The notes: generated by a model not told the origin, from the letters alone. Counted from the stretch's first letter, positions 10,085-17,730 are shown. The stretch: DNA of 27,832 bases from an uncultured virus (IMG/VR IMGVR_UViG_3300032327_000778) (IMGVR_UViG_3300032327_000778); one strand, 5' to 3'. Program-made: numbers and translations.

Positions 10085-10700
10085 TAACGCCTAGTTCTCG
10101 CAAATGTTGTAGTGAAGCTAATTCACTAGCTGGTTGATATGCACTCTGAAGCCAGCGATCACTAAGCAACCAAATTCTGTAAATCCAGCCGTACTCTGGA
10201 TGCTGATGTTCGGCAGTAATTTTAGCCATAGAATCATATCTAGCACTATAAACGACTTCGCCTACTGTAAACTTATCACGAACAGCGCCGTCTGGAATTA
10301 GTTCTGGCTTAAAATAATCTGGCGAACTTTTTCTAATAGGCACACTATACTTATCTAGAACTTGTTTGATTAGCTGACTGCCCCTAAAAGTAGTTTGACT
10401 AATTTCGCTAATATTTTCGCCAGCCAGATAACTTTGAATTATAAATTGTACTTCGTCTAGCGTAACAGGTTTGCCGCGTTTTTCAGCTCTACGCTTAGCA
10501 TTTTTCTCTTTACGTTCTTTGTATGTTTGAATAATCTGATCAAGCCTGGTAGTATTATAGCTCATGCCCAGGATTTGACAAGCATCCTTTTTTGTAATAG
10601 GTTTAACACCCTGCTCTTTGGGTTCAAGCAGGTCAATGACTCGCTCAATATTAGCGTCAGTCATGCGTTCTTGTTCAAGTTCTGTGCGTTTACGAGCCAT
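10077..10700 (-). CDS. D2: T5 D2-like protein
   Basis: TKKDACQILG, KRGKP, QSYLAGE, IPDGAV..F.VGE.V, YRIWLLS, ELASLQHLRELGV resemble T5 D2 as recalled. Confidence 0.8.
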   Translation of the reverse strand: MARKRTELEQERMTDANIERVIDLLEPKEQGVKPITKKDACQILGMSYNTTRLDQIIQTYKERKEKNAKRRAEKRGKPVTLDEVQFIIQSYLAGENISEISQTTFRGSQLIKQVLDKYSVPIRKSSPDYFKPELIPDGAVRDKFTVGEVVYSARYDSMAKITAEHQHPEYGWIYRIWLLSDRWLQSAYQPASELASLQHLRELGVNV

Positions 10701-10718
10701 AATACACTCCTAAATAAG

Positions 10719-10740
10719 AAAAGGCAGCACTAGGCTGCCT
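10719..10740 (-). terminator. Terminator-like hairpin after D3
   Basis: AGGCAGC-CTAGT-GCTGCCT-TTT on the minus strand. Confidence 0.65.
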
Positions 10741-10744
10741 GTTT

Positions 10745-11104
10745 TTATGCTTTAAGCACACTCAAAAAGTAAACTGCTGCTTTACCAGTCAGTTTGCTCA
10801 AAATATCTTCGTCTACTGGACTACCTTTAGCCTCAATTGCCGCTTTAAGATCAGCAATACTAGACTCTTTAGATACGCGCTTGGGTGCGTCACCAGCAGC
10901 TTTCTTATCACCACTAGGTTTAGCGGCGGCGTCTTTTTTAACATAAACACCCGCCTGAACCAAAACCATACGAACACCGTTAGGTGAGGCTTCGATTTCT
11001 TCAGCGATGTCTTTAATGATCTCAGTACTAGACTCAGGCGTTGGTTCTGCGTCTTGATACATTTTAATTACCTGCGATTTGAGTTCGTCATTCCATTGCG
11101 TCAT
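10745..11104 (-). CDS. D3: T5 D3-like DNA-binding protein
   Basis: TQWNDEL, EIIKDIAE...SPNGVRMVL..AGVYVKK, RVSK, ILSKLTGKAA resemble T5 D3. Confidence 0.82.
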   Translation of the reverse strand: MTQWNDELKSQVIKMYQDAEPTPESSTEIIKDIAEEIEASPNGVRMVLVQAGVYVKKDAAAKPSGDKKAAGDAPKRVSKESSIADLKAAIEAKGSPVDEDILSKLTGKAAVYFLSVLKA

Positions 11105-11113
11105 AATATTTCC

Positions 11114-11389
11114 TTAAATAAGTTCGGTAGTTACATTAGTCATTTTACTTGGAGTAAACTGACGATAGTTGTGCTTTAGATCGTGTTTTGCTACAAGTTC
11201 TAGCATTTCCTCATGTTGACGATTTTTTAGTTCGCGCATTTCACGAGTAAATACTTCGAATTCTGTTTCAGGCAATTCACTAACATCAAAGCCAGCAACT
11301 AGATGAGTAGGCTCTTGTGTAACAACAATAGCACGCTCACTTTGATCACCATTAGCTTTTGTGTACATAAATTGCATAAGTTTCATCAT
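11114..11389 (-). CDS. Hypothetical protein (resembles the small T5 gene near D3)
   Basis: YTKANG...R, FDVSELP, YRQF pattern; has its own promoter and RBS. Confidence 0.75.
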   Translation of the reverse strand: MMKLMQFMYTKANGDQSERAIVVTQEPTHLVAGFDVSELPETEFEVFTREMRELKNRQHEEMLELVAKHDLKHNYRQFTPSKMTNVTTELI

Positions 11390-11415
11390 TGGTTCCTTTT
11401 GTAAACAGAAATAAT

Positions 11416-11444
11416 ATTATAGCAATAATCTATTGAAGATTCAA
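11416..11444 (-). promoter_or_regulatory. sigma70-type promoter
   Basis: TTGAAT-N17-TATAAT. Confidence 0.8.
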
Positions 11445-11446
11445 GT

Positions 11447-11704
11447 TTATTTTTCTCTGACTGCTTTTGTGATGCCTATAACTGCGGCAGCATAAAGAGG
11501 TGGAAATATTAACAACCATACTACCAGTGGGGCTAATATAGTATTTATTACAAAGAAAATAAATATGCTTAGTAGCGGAGACTGAGTAAAAGTATTATCT
11601 ACACCTTCTTGCCTAGCCAGCGCAATAACAGGCCAAAACAGCTCATAGATAAGTGTTAGGGAAGTTGCTAAGCAAAATATTGCGTAGTATTCAAATACCC
11701 CCAT
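11447..11704 (-). CDS. Small membrane protein
   Basis: Two or three long hydrophobic segments in 85 aa. Confidence 0.7.
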   Translation of the reverse strand: MGVFEYYAIFCLATSLTLIYELFWPVIALARQEGVDNTFTQSPLLSIFIFFVINTILAPLVVWLLIFPPLYAAAVIGITKAVREK

Positions 11705-12071
11705 GTAAACGATCTCCTAACTTAAAGCTAACTTTTAAATCGCCTAAAGTTTTAGGATTAAAGGTTGTACGTAAACTTGCTAACACTTGATCAGCAACTT
11801 TCTGATTTGAACTAAAAATATCGTGAGGACAACTACCGCACACTTGTCGCATTAGTTGAGCAATTTTAATCTTTGTTTTACTCCAAACTTTGGTTTTTGG
11901 TGTTTTGCGACGATATGTAATATTTTTTATTGCTGCTTCAATTTGTTTTGCATTACCCGGATTTTTCTGTAGTGCACGCAACAATTTACGCTCACGATTT
12001 GCTTTCCAAGTTTGTTTACTCTTGTAAAGATCATACTGCGCTTGTTTGCTTTTACTAGACGTTTTTGCCAT
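11691..12071 (-). CDS. Basic hypothetical protein
   Basis: 126-aa Lys/Arg-rich ORF in a tightly packed operon. Confidence 0.7.
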   Translation of the reverse strand: MAKTSSKSKQAQYDLYKSKQTWKANRERKLLRALQKNPGNAKQIEAAIKNITYRRKTPKTKVWSKTKIKIAQLMRQVCGSCPHDIFSSNQKVADQVLASLRTTFNPKTLGDLKVSFKLGDRLHGGI

Positions 12072-12300
12072 ATTCGTATAGTCCAGTTATTATGTAATAT
12101 TGATTACTTTTGTGTTTTGTAATTTCAACACAACCATTTTCTTCTAAATATTCTAAGAAATTAAATACTTGACCATAGGTCACTAAATTAACGCCATATT
12201 TTAGCAATAATTTATTGACTGCGTGCAAATAGTCAAGAGTTATATCTTGACTATTTGTACCTAGCTCAAATAATAATTCTTTGATAGGATTATCAGTCAT
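12055..12300 (-). CDS. Hypothetical protein
   Basis: ORF 12055..12330; start placed at ATG 12300 (MTDNPIKE), which overlaps the upstream stop. Confidence 0.6.
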   Translation of the reverse strand: MTDNPIKELLFELGTNSQDITLDYLHAVNKLLLKYGVNLVTYGQVFNFLEYLEENGCVEITKHKSNQYYIITGLYEYGKNV

Positions 12301-12604
12301 TAAAAACGATTGATTCTTCGTAGTTGCCATCTTCTAGATTAGCCTTCAATTCCTCAGCTTCTTCAATCTGCGTATGAATATCATAGCAACGTTGAAGTGC
12401 TTCAATAAATTCTGGAATTGATTCAATGTCTACTGGAATTTTACGATCACATCCATCAAAGATCATTACCTCATTATCGCCACCAGGATTAGTACCAAAC
12501 TCTACACCATAGTAGAAATAAAAGTCTGGCTCAGTGGGAGTGTGAAACATACCATCAATATCAAGTACGGTTTCTTTGTTTTGCGATCCAAAATAAATTT
12601 TCAT
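12293..12604 (-). CDS. Acidic hypothetical protein
   Basis: 103-aa ORF directly behind a promoter. Confidence 0.72.
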   Translation of the reverse strand: MKIYFGSQNKETVLDIDGMFHTPTEPDFYFYYGVEFGTNPGGDNEVMIFDGCDRKIPVDIESIPEFIEALQRCYDIHTQIEEAEELKANLEDGNYEESIVFND

Positions 12605-12643
12605 GTGTATAGCCCTTTTTAAAAATAATTTGCGAGAAAAGAT

Positions 12644-12672
12644 ATTATAGCAAACTTAACTATTATTTTCAA
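12644..12672 (-). promoter_or_regulatory. sigma70-type promoter
   Basis: TTGAAA-N17-TATAAT. Confidence 0.8.
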
Positions 12673-12689
12673 GAAAATAATTTTTGTGG

Positions 12690-12763
12690 TGGCAGGGATA
12701 CTAGGATTCGAACCTAGAATAACGGAATCAAAATCCGTGGTGTTACCATTACACTATATCCCA
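12690..12763 (-). tRNA. tRNA-Gln(TTG)
   Basis: Cloverleaf TGGGATA...ACGGA-TTTTGAT-TCCGT...GGTTCGAATCC...TATCCCT-G-CCA; encoded CCA; U1:U72 mismatch. Confidence 0.93.
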
Positions 12764-12769
12764 ACTGTT

Positions 12770-12844
12770 TGGCTCCCCAGCGTGGGATCGAACCACGGAC
12801 CAACAGATTAACAGTCTGCTGCTCTACCGCTGAGCTACTAGGGA
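12770..12844 (-). tRNA. tRNA-Asn(GTT)
   Basis: TCCCTAGTAGCTCAGCGGTAGAGC..GCAGA-CTGTTAA-TCTGT..GGTTCGATCCC..CTGGGGA-G-CCA. Confidence 0.95.
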
Positions 12845-12848
12845 ATTT

Positions 12849-12925
12849 TGGTGGGCCCAACAGGACTCGAACCTGTGACCAACGAATTATGAGTTCGCTG
12901 CTCTAACCAACTGAGCTATAGGCCC
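12849..12925 (-). tRNA. tRNA with CAT anticodon, most likely Ile2 (lysidine type) rather than Met
   Basis: GGGCCTATAGCTCAGTTGGTTAGAGCAGCGAA-CTCATAA-TTCGT...GGGCCC-A-CCA; the acceptor stem resembles bacterial tRNA-Ile2. Confidence 0.88.
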
Positions 12926-12931
12926 GTTTGG

Positions 12932-13006
12932 TGGTACGCGATGACGGGATCGAACCGCCGACCTTTGCCGTGTAAAGGCACTGCTCTACCGCTGAGCTAA
13001 TCGCGC
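12932..13006 (-). tRNA. tRNA-Val(TAC)
   Basis: GCGCGATTAGCTCAGCGGTAGAGCAGTGCC-TTTACAC-GGCAA..GGTTCGATCCC..ATCGCGT-A-CCA. Confidence 0.93.
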
Positions 13007-13728
13007 CAAGGATAGCCCGGAACAAGTTCTTGCATCTTAGCGTTACCGTCAATAAAAAATTCAGGTTTTACGCTATTTACAGTATTACCTGCTGTATAAT
13101 TTAACGTATACTGTTTATTACTAGCAACGGCATTTTCACCATATAAAGAATACAAAGTTTGATAAAGAGCCCTATCTACTTCAGGTTGATCATCTGGATG
13201 TCTGGCTCGTCTGTACCAAATAGGTGCTGTTTCAAGTGCTGCTTGTTTACCCAACATATAACAACCTACATCTACAAGATTATCATTAAGTATATTGGTC
13301 CAAGGCCCTAATGATTCGCAGTCGTCATTGCAAATTATATTGCTTTCTGCATCTACAATTTTTCTTAATGAATATGCCCATTTATGTTCTGGTTTCAGTA
13401 CATTAACTAATGATTCAATATGATTAGGATCATAATAATTATCTTCGTCTAGATAGCACATATAATTTCCGCGAGCAATAAAATTCATTGCGCCGTAAAT
13501 TTTATGACCATTAAATCCAGATATTCCAGTTGGAAAAGGTAATACCATTACATGACACATTCTATGTGCATTGCCAATAATTTCTCTAGCGGCAGCTTCA
13601 TTTTTCCAGCCATCAATTACAATAATATATTCAATAGGCTTATATGTCTGCTCTAAAACAGAATCAATTGCTCGTCCTAGTAAAGGATTACCTGTTGTTG
13701 GTGTTACTATAGTTACTAAAGGATTCAT
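12997..13728 (-). CDS. Glycosyltransferase family 2 (GT-A fold)
   Basis: PLVTIVTPT, RAIDSVLEQTY, IIVIDG, ARGNY..YLDEDN (DxD). Confidence 0.9.
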   Translation of the reverse strand: MNPLVTIVTPTTGNPLLGRAIDSVLEQTYKPIEYIIVIDGWKNEAAAREIIGNAHRMCHVMVLPFPTGISGFNGHKIYGAMNFIARGNYMCYLDEDNYYDPNHIESLVNVLKPEHKWAYSLRKIVDAESNIICNDDCESLGPWTNILNDNLVDVGCYMLGKQAALETAPIWYRRARHPDDQPEVDRALYQTLYSLYGENAVASNKQYTLNYTAGNTVNSVKPEFFIDGNAKMQELVPGYPWRD

Positions 13729-13870
13729 CTAATACTCTATTCATTATGTTTGATCTTTGTTCATCTGTGTAATGCCCCCAATGCTGTATTTCTTCAAGAG
13801 TTCTATAACAACCTATACACTTATTAGTGTTAGGATTCATCACACAAGTCTTCACACACGGTGTTATCAT
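13688..13870 (-). CDS. DUF1289-like small Cys-rich (putative Fe-S) protein
   Basis: TPCVKTC......CIGCYRTLEEI..W....DEQR; start placed at ATG 13870. Confidence 0.85.
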   Translation of the reverse strand: MITPCVKTCVMNPNTNKCIGCYRTLEEIQHWGHYTDEQRSNIMNRVLDESFSNYSNTNNR

Positions 13871-14444
13871 TTTTCTCAGCCCTTCTAGCTTCACAAAGCT
13901 TTTCTACTCTAGTAGATACTTCTTCACTATGTAGCCACAAATCTTTGTTTTCCAGCAAACTATCTATTTCTTTATTAGTTAAAAAATCTTTGTAGATATA
14001 CTGTAAGAATTGTTTAGACCATTCACGCTCAAATACTGCTTGATCGTAAATTTCGCCGCCTTTGCCAAAAATTCCGCCACTGTAATTATGAAACATAAAT
14101 AAGCTATGTGGTGTTACTTCAAATACATCAGCACACAGGAAGATCATAGTAGCTGCGCTCATGCAACTACCTTCAACACTACATACTATAGTAGCTGGTG
14201 ATTCGCTTAGCACACGCATAAATTGTAATGCGGTATTAAGATCACCACCACTGCTGTTAATATAAATTTTTACTACATCCTGATCACTAGCGTTGCGAAT
14301 AGTATTAAACCATTCAATGTAGTCTTCTGGCCCGGTAATAACTCCACTTAAATAAAACTCATAAAGTGCACTACTACACTTACGAAACCCACGACTAATA
14401 CCGGTGTCGAGGATAAATTCATTATCTGTTGCATTTTTAGTCAT
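13830..14444 (-). CDS. clpP: ClpP-like serine protease
   Basis: IYINSSGG, GSCMSAATMI (catalytic Ser), FMFHN (His), DLWL. Confidence 0.88.
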   Translation of the reverse strand: MTKNATDNEFILDTGISRGFRKCSSALYEFYLSGVITGPEDYIEWFNTIRNASDQDVVKIYINSSGGDLNTALQFMRVLSESPATIVCSVEGSCMSAATMIFLCADVFEVTPHSLFMFHNYSGGIFGKGGEIYDQAVFEREWSKQFLQYIYKDFLTNKEIDSLLENKDLWLHSEEVSTRVEKLCEARRAEKNDNTVCEDLCDES

Positions 14445-14463
14445 AGGAATATAAAATAAAAAA

Positions 14464-14742
14464 GCCCCCCTTGGTTACAAGGCGGGGGCATACCTCGGCA
14501 CTAGCTTAAGCAGCTAGGGCAAATACCTCATCGTTGGCATTTATATGTTTTGCTTCTTTTGCGGAGATCGCCTACCGAGTTGTCCACTCACATACTTATC
14601 ACACTGTCGAAACCATGACTAGCCCATTATAAAGTATACTATGCCACGCTCTGAACCTGGACTCTTAGTAATATACTTTATGGTGGACTAGGTGGGAGTC
14701 GAACCCACGTCCAGCGCGCCTTTCGGCTCGTTTCATACAACC
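14464..14742 (-). ncRNA. ssrA: Circularly permuted (two-piece) tmRNA; tag ANDEVFALAA*
   Basis: Acceptor piece about 14742-14681 ends GTGGGTTCGACTCCCAC-CTAGTCC-A-CCA. A 55-nt hairpin spacer follows, then the coding piece starts GGGCTAG at 14625, giving a 7-bp acceptor stem with G3:U70. Tag reading frame 14538-14506 follows ATAAAT. Confidence 0.93.
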
Positions 14743-14774
14743 ATACAAAAGCCCAGATAAACTAGGCTTTTGTA

Positions 14775-14848
14775 TGGTGCCCCTTGACAGAATCGAACTG
14801 CCAATTGATGATTACAAATCAACTGTTATACCATTTAACTAAAAGGGC
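14775..14848 (-). tRNA. tRNA-Thr(TGT)
   Basis: GCCCTTTTAGTTAAATGGTATAAC..TTGA-TTTGTAA-TCA..GTTCGATTC..AAGGGGC-A-CCA. Confidence 0.92.
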
Positions 14849-14855
14849 TGCCCAT

Positions 14856-15071
14856 TCACAACTGCTTGCTGTGAACCAAATCCTCAAACATTTTTTGTAG
14901 AATTTCAAACTTGACCTGATACATTGTAAACAAGCCTAACAATAAATTCTGCATTTCATCTTCGGTTGTGTCACGCAAATCGCCAAGGTAGTAGATGGTT
15001 TTAATGTCATCTACTACGCCCCAGCAATCCATCATTTGTTGTTCAAAATCAAAACGGTTTGGTTTTTGCAT
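14856..15071 (-). CDS. Hypothetical protein
   Basis: 71-aa ORF behind a promoter (RFDFEQQMMDCWGVVDDI). Confidence 0.75.
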   Translation of the reverse strand: MQKPNRFDFEQQMMDCWGVVDDIKTIYYLGDLRDTTEDEMQNLLLGLFTMYQVKFEILQKMFEDLVHSKQL

Positions 15072-15107
15072 AGTTTTTGCTTTGTTGAAATTTCCTAATG
15101 AATAAGT

Positions 15108-15136
15108 ATTATACCTTAATCATTACCAAATTTCAA
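15108..15136 (-). promoter_or_regulatory. sigma70-type promoter driving ORF, tRNA-Thr and tmRNA
   Basis: TTGAAA-N17-TATAAT. Confidence 0.8.
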
Positions 15137-15152
15137 GTTGAAAAATTTTTGA

Positions 15153-15344
15153 CTATTTGCAGTTTGGTAATTCGCAGATTTTTGAAATTAACTGTGTACG
15201 ATCAGCTAAAAATGCGCGGTAACTTTGTCCGCCATTTTTAGTAAAGCTAGTGGCAGATTCAATCAAGTCATCTATTGAATTAACAGCAATTTCAATAGCG
15301 GTCATTTGAGTAGCACTTAGTGAGGGTAAGTCTTTGGTAAACAT
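15153..15344 (-). CDS. Hypothetical protein
   Basis: 63-aa ORF that fills the gap. Confidence 0.55.
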   Translation of the reverse strand: MFTKDLPSLSATQMTAIEIAVNSIDDLIESATSFTKNGGQSYRAFLADRTQLISKICELPNCK

Positions 15345-15363
15345 TTTAATTTAGGGTAAGGGG

Positions 15364-15837
15364 TTAACTATTATTTGTAGCAATAGATTGCCATTCAGTA
15401 CCATTAAATATAACCATTAATGATTTATTGGTACTTAATTTTTCAGAAGTAGATCCATCTATTTTTTGGCTGCTAGTACCAGTTATGGTAATTTCGCCAT
15501 TTTCTTCGTTTTTTACAACATATACTTTACCAGTTACACCTACAGGAAGTGTTATGGTAATATCTTTTTTAATAGCGCCAATATAGTAGTCATTGGCAGT
15601 AGGGGTATAATTTGCTGTAATTATTTTTACTGCAAATAGGCTGCTACTAGTTGTAGCACTTAATACTCCTTGTGGAGTAATTGATAAACCACTGCCTACC
15701 TGTACAACGCCAAGTTGTGTAGTAGTGGCAATTTCAGCATCTAAAACTACAGGAGCCAAGGCCTGAGTACTAGGAGCAGGCGTCTGCTTTAAGGCAACGC
15801 CTGCAAGTGTAGATGCTGGGGGTCTGGTATAACTCAT
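15364..15837 (-). CDS. Fibre-like protein, paralog 3 (fibre repeat plus beta-rich C-terminal domain)
   Basis: ATTTQLGVVQVGSGLSIT repeat; C-domain DYYIG..ITITLPVG..GKVYVVK..ITI..IDG..IFNGTEW. Confidence 0.7.
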   Translation of the reverse strand: MSYTRPPASTLAGVALKQTPAPSTQALAPVVLDAEIATTTQLGVVQVGSGLSITPQGVLSATTSSSLFAVKIITANYTPTANDYYIGAIKKDITITLPVGVTGKVYVVKNEENGEITITGTSSQKIDGSTSEKLSTNKSLMVIFNGTEWQSIATNNS

Positions 15838-15853
15838 ACTAACCCCCGGTTAA

Positions 15854-16258
15854 TTAAACTGCGTTCCAGTTTGTTCCGCGGAAAATTAGCGTTACTGCAC
15901 CATCAGTAACAGCTAAAATTGGATACGTAGCAGCATTTTCAATTGTTTCTGCACCGTTAGGTACAATTGTAATGTCACTAGTATTAGTTGCTTCAGATTT
16001 AATTACAACTTCACGGCCATTTACGCCAGCCGTAAGATTGATTGTAATTGCAGCACCTGTTCCTACAACTCCAAGATAGTAGTTAGGCACTGTGCCTGCA
16101 CTATCTAGGGTATAGGGACTAGCTGCGTTATTAATAAGCTGAGTATTTACTTGACCATTAGGTGCAACCGAAATTACACCATTGGTTACGGAAATACCAG
16201 TACCAATTTCAACCACACCATAATTAGTGGGTGAAGCTAAGGGAGAATTAAAAGCCAT
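15854..16258 (-). CDS. Fibre-like protein, paralog 2
   Basis: ASPTNYGVVEIGTGISVT repeat; C-domain NYYLG..ITINL..G..VVIK..ITI..IE..LIFRGTNW. Confidence 0.7.
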   Translation of the reverse strand: MAFNSPLASPTNYGVVEIGTGISVTNGVISVAPNGQVNTQLINNAASPYTLDSAGTVPNYYLGVVGTGAAITINLTAGVNGREVVIKSEATNTSDITIVPNGAETIENAATYPILAVTDGAVTLIFRGTNWNAV

Positions 16259-16283
16259 TTTATTATTCCTTTTTATCAGGCTG

Positions 16284-16802
16284 TTAAGTTACGTTCCATT
16301 CAATTCCATTGTATATAAGGCCAATGGAGCCCCAGGGCGAGTTAATTATGTAGTTTGCCTGACCATCAATGGTACTAGCAAGCGCAACCACCGTAATTGG
16401 ATTGGCCAGTGCATCGCCTGTGCTATCCTTGATAATAAATATTTTACCAATAGTACCAACGGGTAAGGTAATTGTAGTGCTACCATCAAAAATTACTCCA
16501 ATAAAGTAGTCAGTATTACTAGCAGCATAAGTTGCACTATCTACTAAAGTGACGGGCAGGTTTGCCAGCGAACCAGGGGGACCCTGTGGTCCAGGCGGGC
16601 CTGCGGGGCCTTCGGGTCCTGCTGGTCCTGGAGGTCCGGGTGGACCAGGCGGTCCTGGAATACTTCCTGGAGCATAATTAATAAATACATCGTCTTCTGG
16701 AAAAGGCGGAGGACACCAACCTGGTATAACAGGTGGCCCTGGTGGTAAGTAGGGAACCATAGGGAACCCAAAAGGCATTCCTTGTCTTTGTTGTTGATTC
16801 AT
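16284..16802 (-). CDS. Collagen-like protein with the same C-terminal domain (paralog 1)
   Basis: Pro-rich N-terminus, 10 Gly-X-Y triplets, C-domain [35 protein letters not shown]. Confidence 0.82.
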   Translation of the reverse strand: MNQQQRQGMPFGFPMVPYLPPGPPVIPGWCPPPFPEDDVFINYAPGSIPGPPGPPGPPGPAGPEGPAGPPGPQGPPGSLANLPVTLVDSATYAASNTDYFIGVIFDGSTTITLPVGTIGKIFIIKDSTGDALANPITVVALASTIDGQANYIINSPWGSIGLIYNGIEWNVT

Positions 16803-16816
16803 AATGTAATCCCTAT

Positions 16817-16852
16817 AAAAAAGCCCTCACAGCTTGTGACTGAAAGGGCTGT
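16817..16852 (-). terminator. Terminator/attenuator hairpin within the four-gene cassette
   Basis: AGCCCTTTCAG-TCACAAG-CTGTGAGGGCT followed by a T run on the minus strand. Confidence 0.7.
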
Positions 16853-16867
16853 TTACTCAATTCAGGA

Positions 16868-17638
16868 TTACCGAATGTTTGTATTTGTGTTGGCTGGGTT
16901 GGCGGTAAGTGTACCGCTACCAACGTTAATTGCTTCGTTTGTGCTACGAATTTGTTGGCCAAGGCCCCAAATTGCACTAGCCAACTGACCGTATTGTTGC
17001 TGTTGTTGAGTTTGCTGTTGCATTTGATTGATGTTATTAGTAGTTGTAACTTCAACACCGCGTGCAGCAGCTGTAAAGTTTTCACGACTACGTAACTCAA
17101 TAATAGCGTTATTAGCTTCGTTAAGTTGACGATTAAGAGTAGCTTCGTACTGCTGTGTGATCAGTGCACGAGTCTTGTCGCCGTCATTTTGAACAACTTG
17201 TTGAGTCTGGTTAAAACCCTGCAACATATTTGTGTTAACTGCATTAAGTTGCTGCATTAGGGCAACACTATTGCTGTTAACTACATCTTTAACGCCTTCA
17301 ATACGACCAGCTAATGATCCTGTTGTGCTATTAAACTGATTGGTAAGACCAATTGTTTGATTAGCTTGACTAGCTTCCATTGCAGCTGTACCAACAGCTA
17401 CTGCTTTGTCAACTTGACCAATTGATTGCATAAGTTGCATATTAGCTGTAGCTTGCGGGCTTTGTCCAGCAACAACAGCACCACCATCTTCACCGCCTAA
17501 AAATCCACGGCCGTTATTGCGTAATAGGCTACCAAGAATAAGACCACCGATAAGGCCACCGCCGCCACCGAAAAGTCCATCACCGCCGTATCCGCCGCCA
17601 GCCATCATCATGCCACCTGGGCTTAAAACTTCTGCCAT
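16868..17638 (-). CDS. Gly-rich/hydrophobic N-terminus plus Q/N-rich coiled-coil protein of unknown function
   Basis: GGGGGLIGGLILGSLL segment, heptad-like middle, GDKTRALI motif, QQQTQQQQQ tail; RBS AAGGGG. Confidence 0.8.
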   Translation of the reverse strand: MAEVLSPGGMMMAGGGYGGDGLFGGGGGLIGGLILGSLLRNNGRGFLGGEDGGAVVAGQSPQATANMQLMQSIGQVDKAVAVGTAAMEASQANQTIGLTNQFNSTTGSLAGRIEGVKDVVNSNSVALMQQLNAVNTNMLQGFNQTQQVVQNDGDKTRALITQQYEATLNRQLNEANNAIIELRSRENFTAAARGVEVTTTNNINQMQQQTQQQQQYGQLASAIWGLGQQIRSTNEAINVGSGTLTANPANTNTNIR

Positions 17639-17730
17639 AATATTCCCCTTCTTGTTATTATTTTTAGAGGTTTATAATAGCAGGTAATACTGGCAAGTAC
17701 TACCTGCCTGTTAGCTCACTGCAATAGTGC

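Noticed and set aside
13688..13870. Repeated overlaps of about 40 nt between genes, as a sign of a recoded stop codon
   Set aside because: Conserved genes are full length in the standard code, all three stops are used, and no suppressor tRNA is present.
14681..14745. Truncated tRNA or attP remnant
   Set aside because: The T-arm/CCA segment pairs with the downstream GGGCTAG segment and is explained as the tmRNA acceptor piece; there is no integrase in the window.
16813..17100. Alternative-frame minus ORFs 16813-17100 and 16544-16771 (also 4646-4990, 6668-6901, 6935-7123)
   Set aside because: They overlap stronger genes in another frame, with no RBS or motif support.
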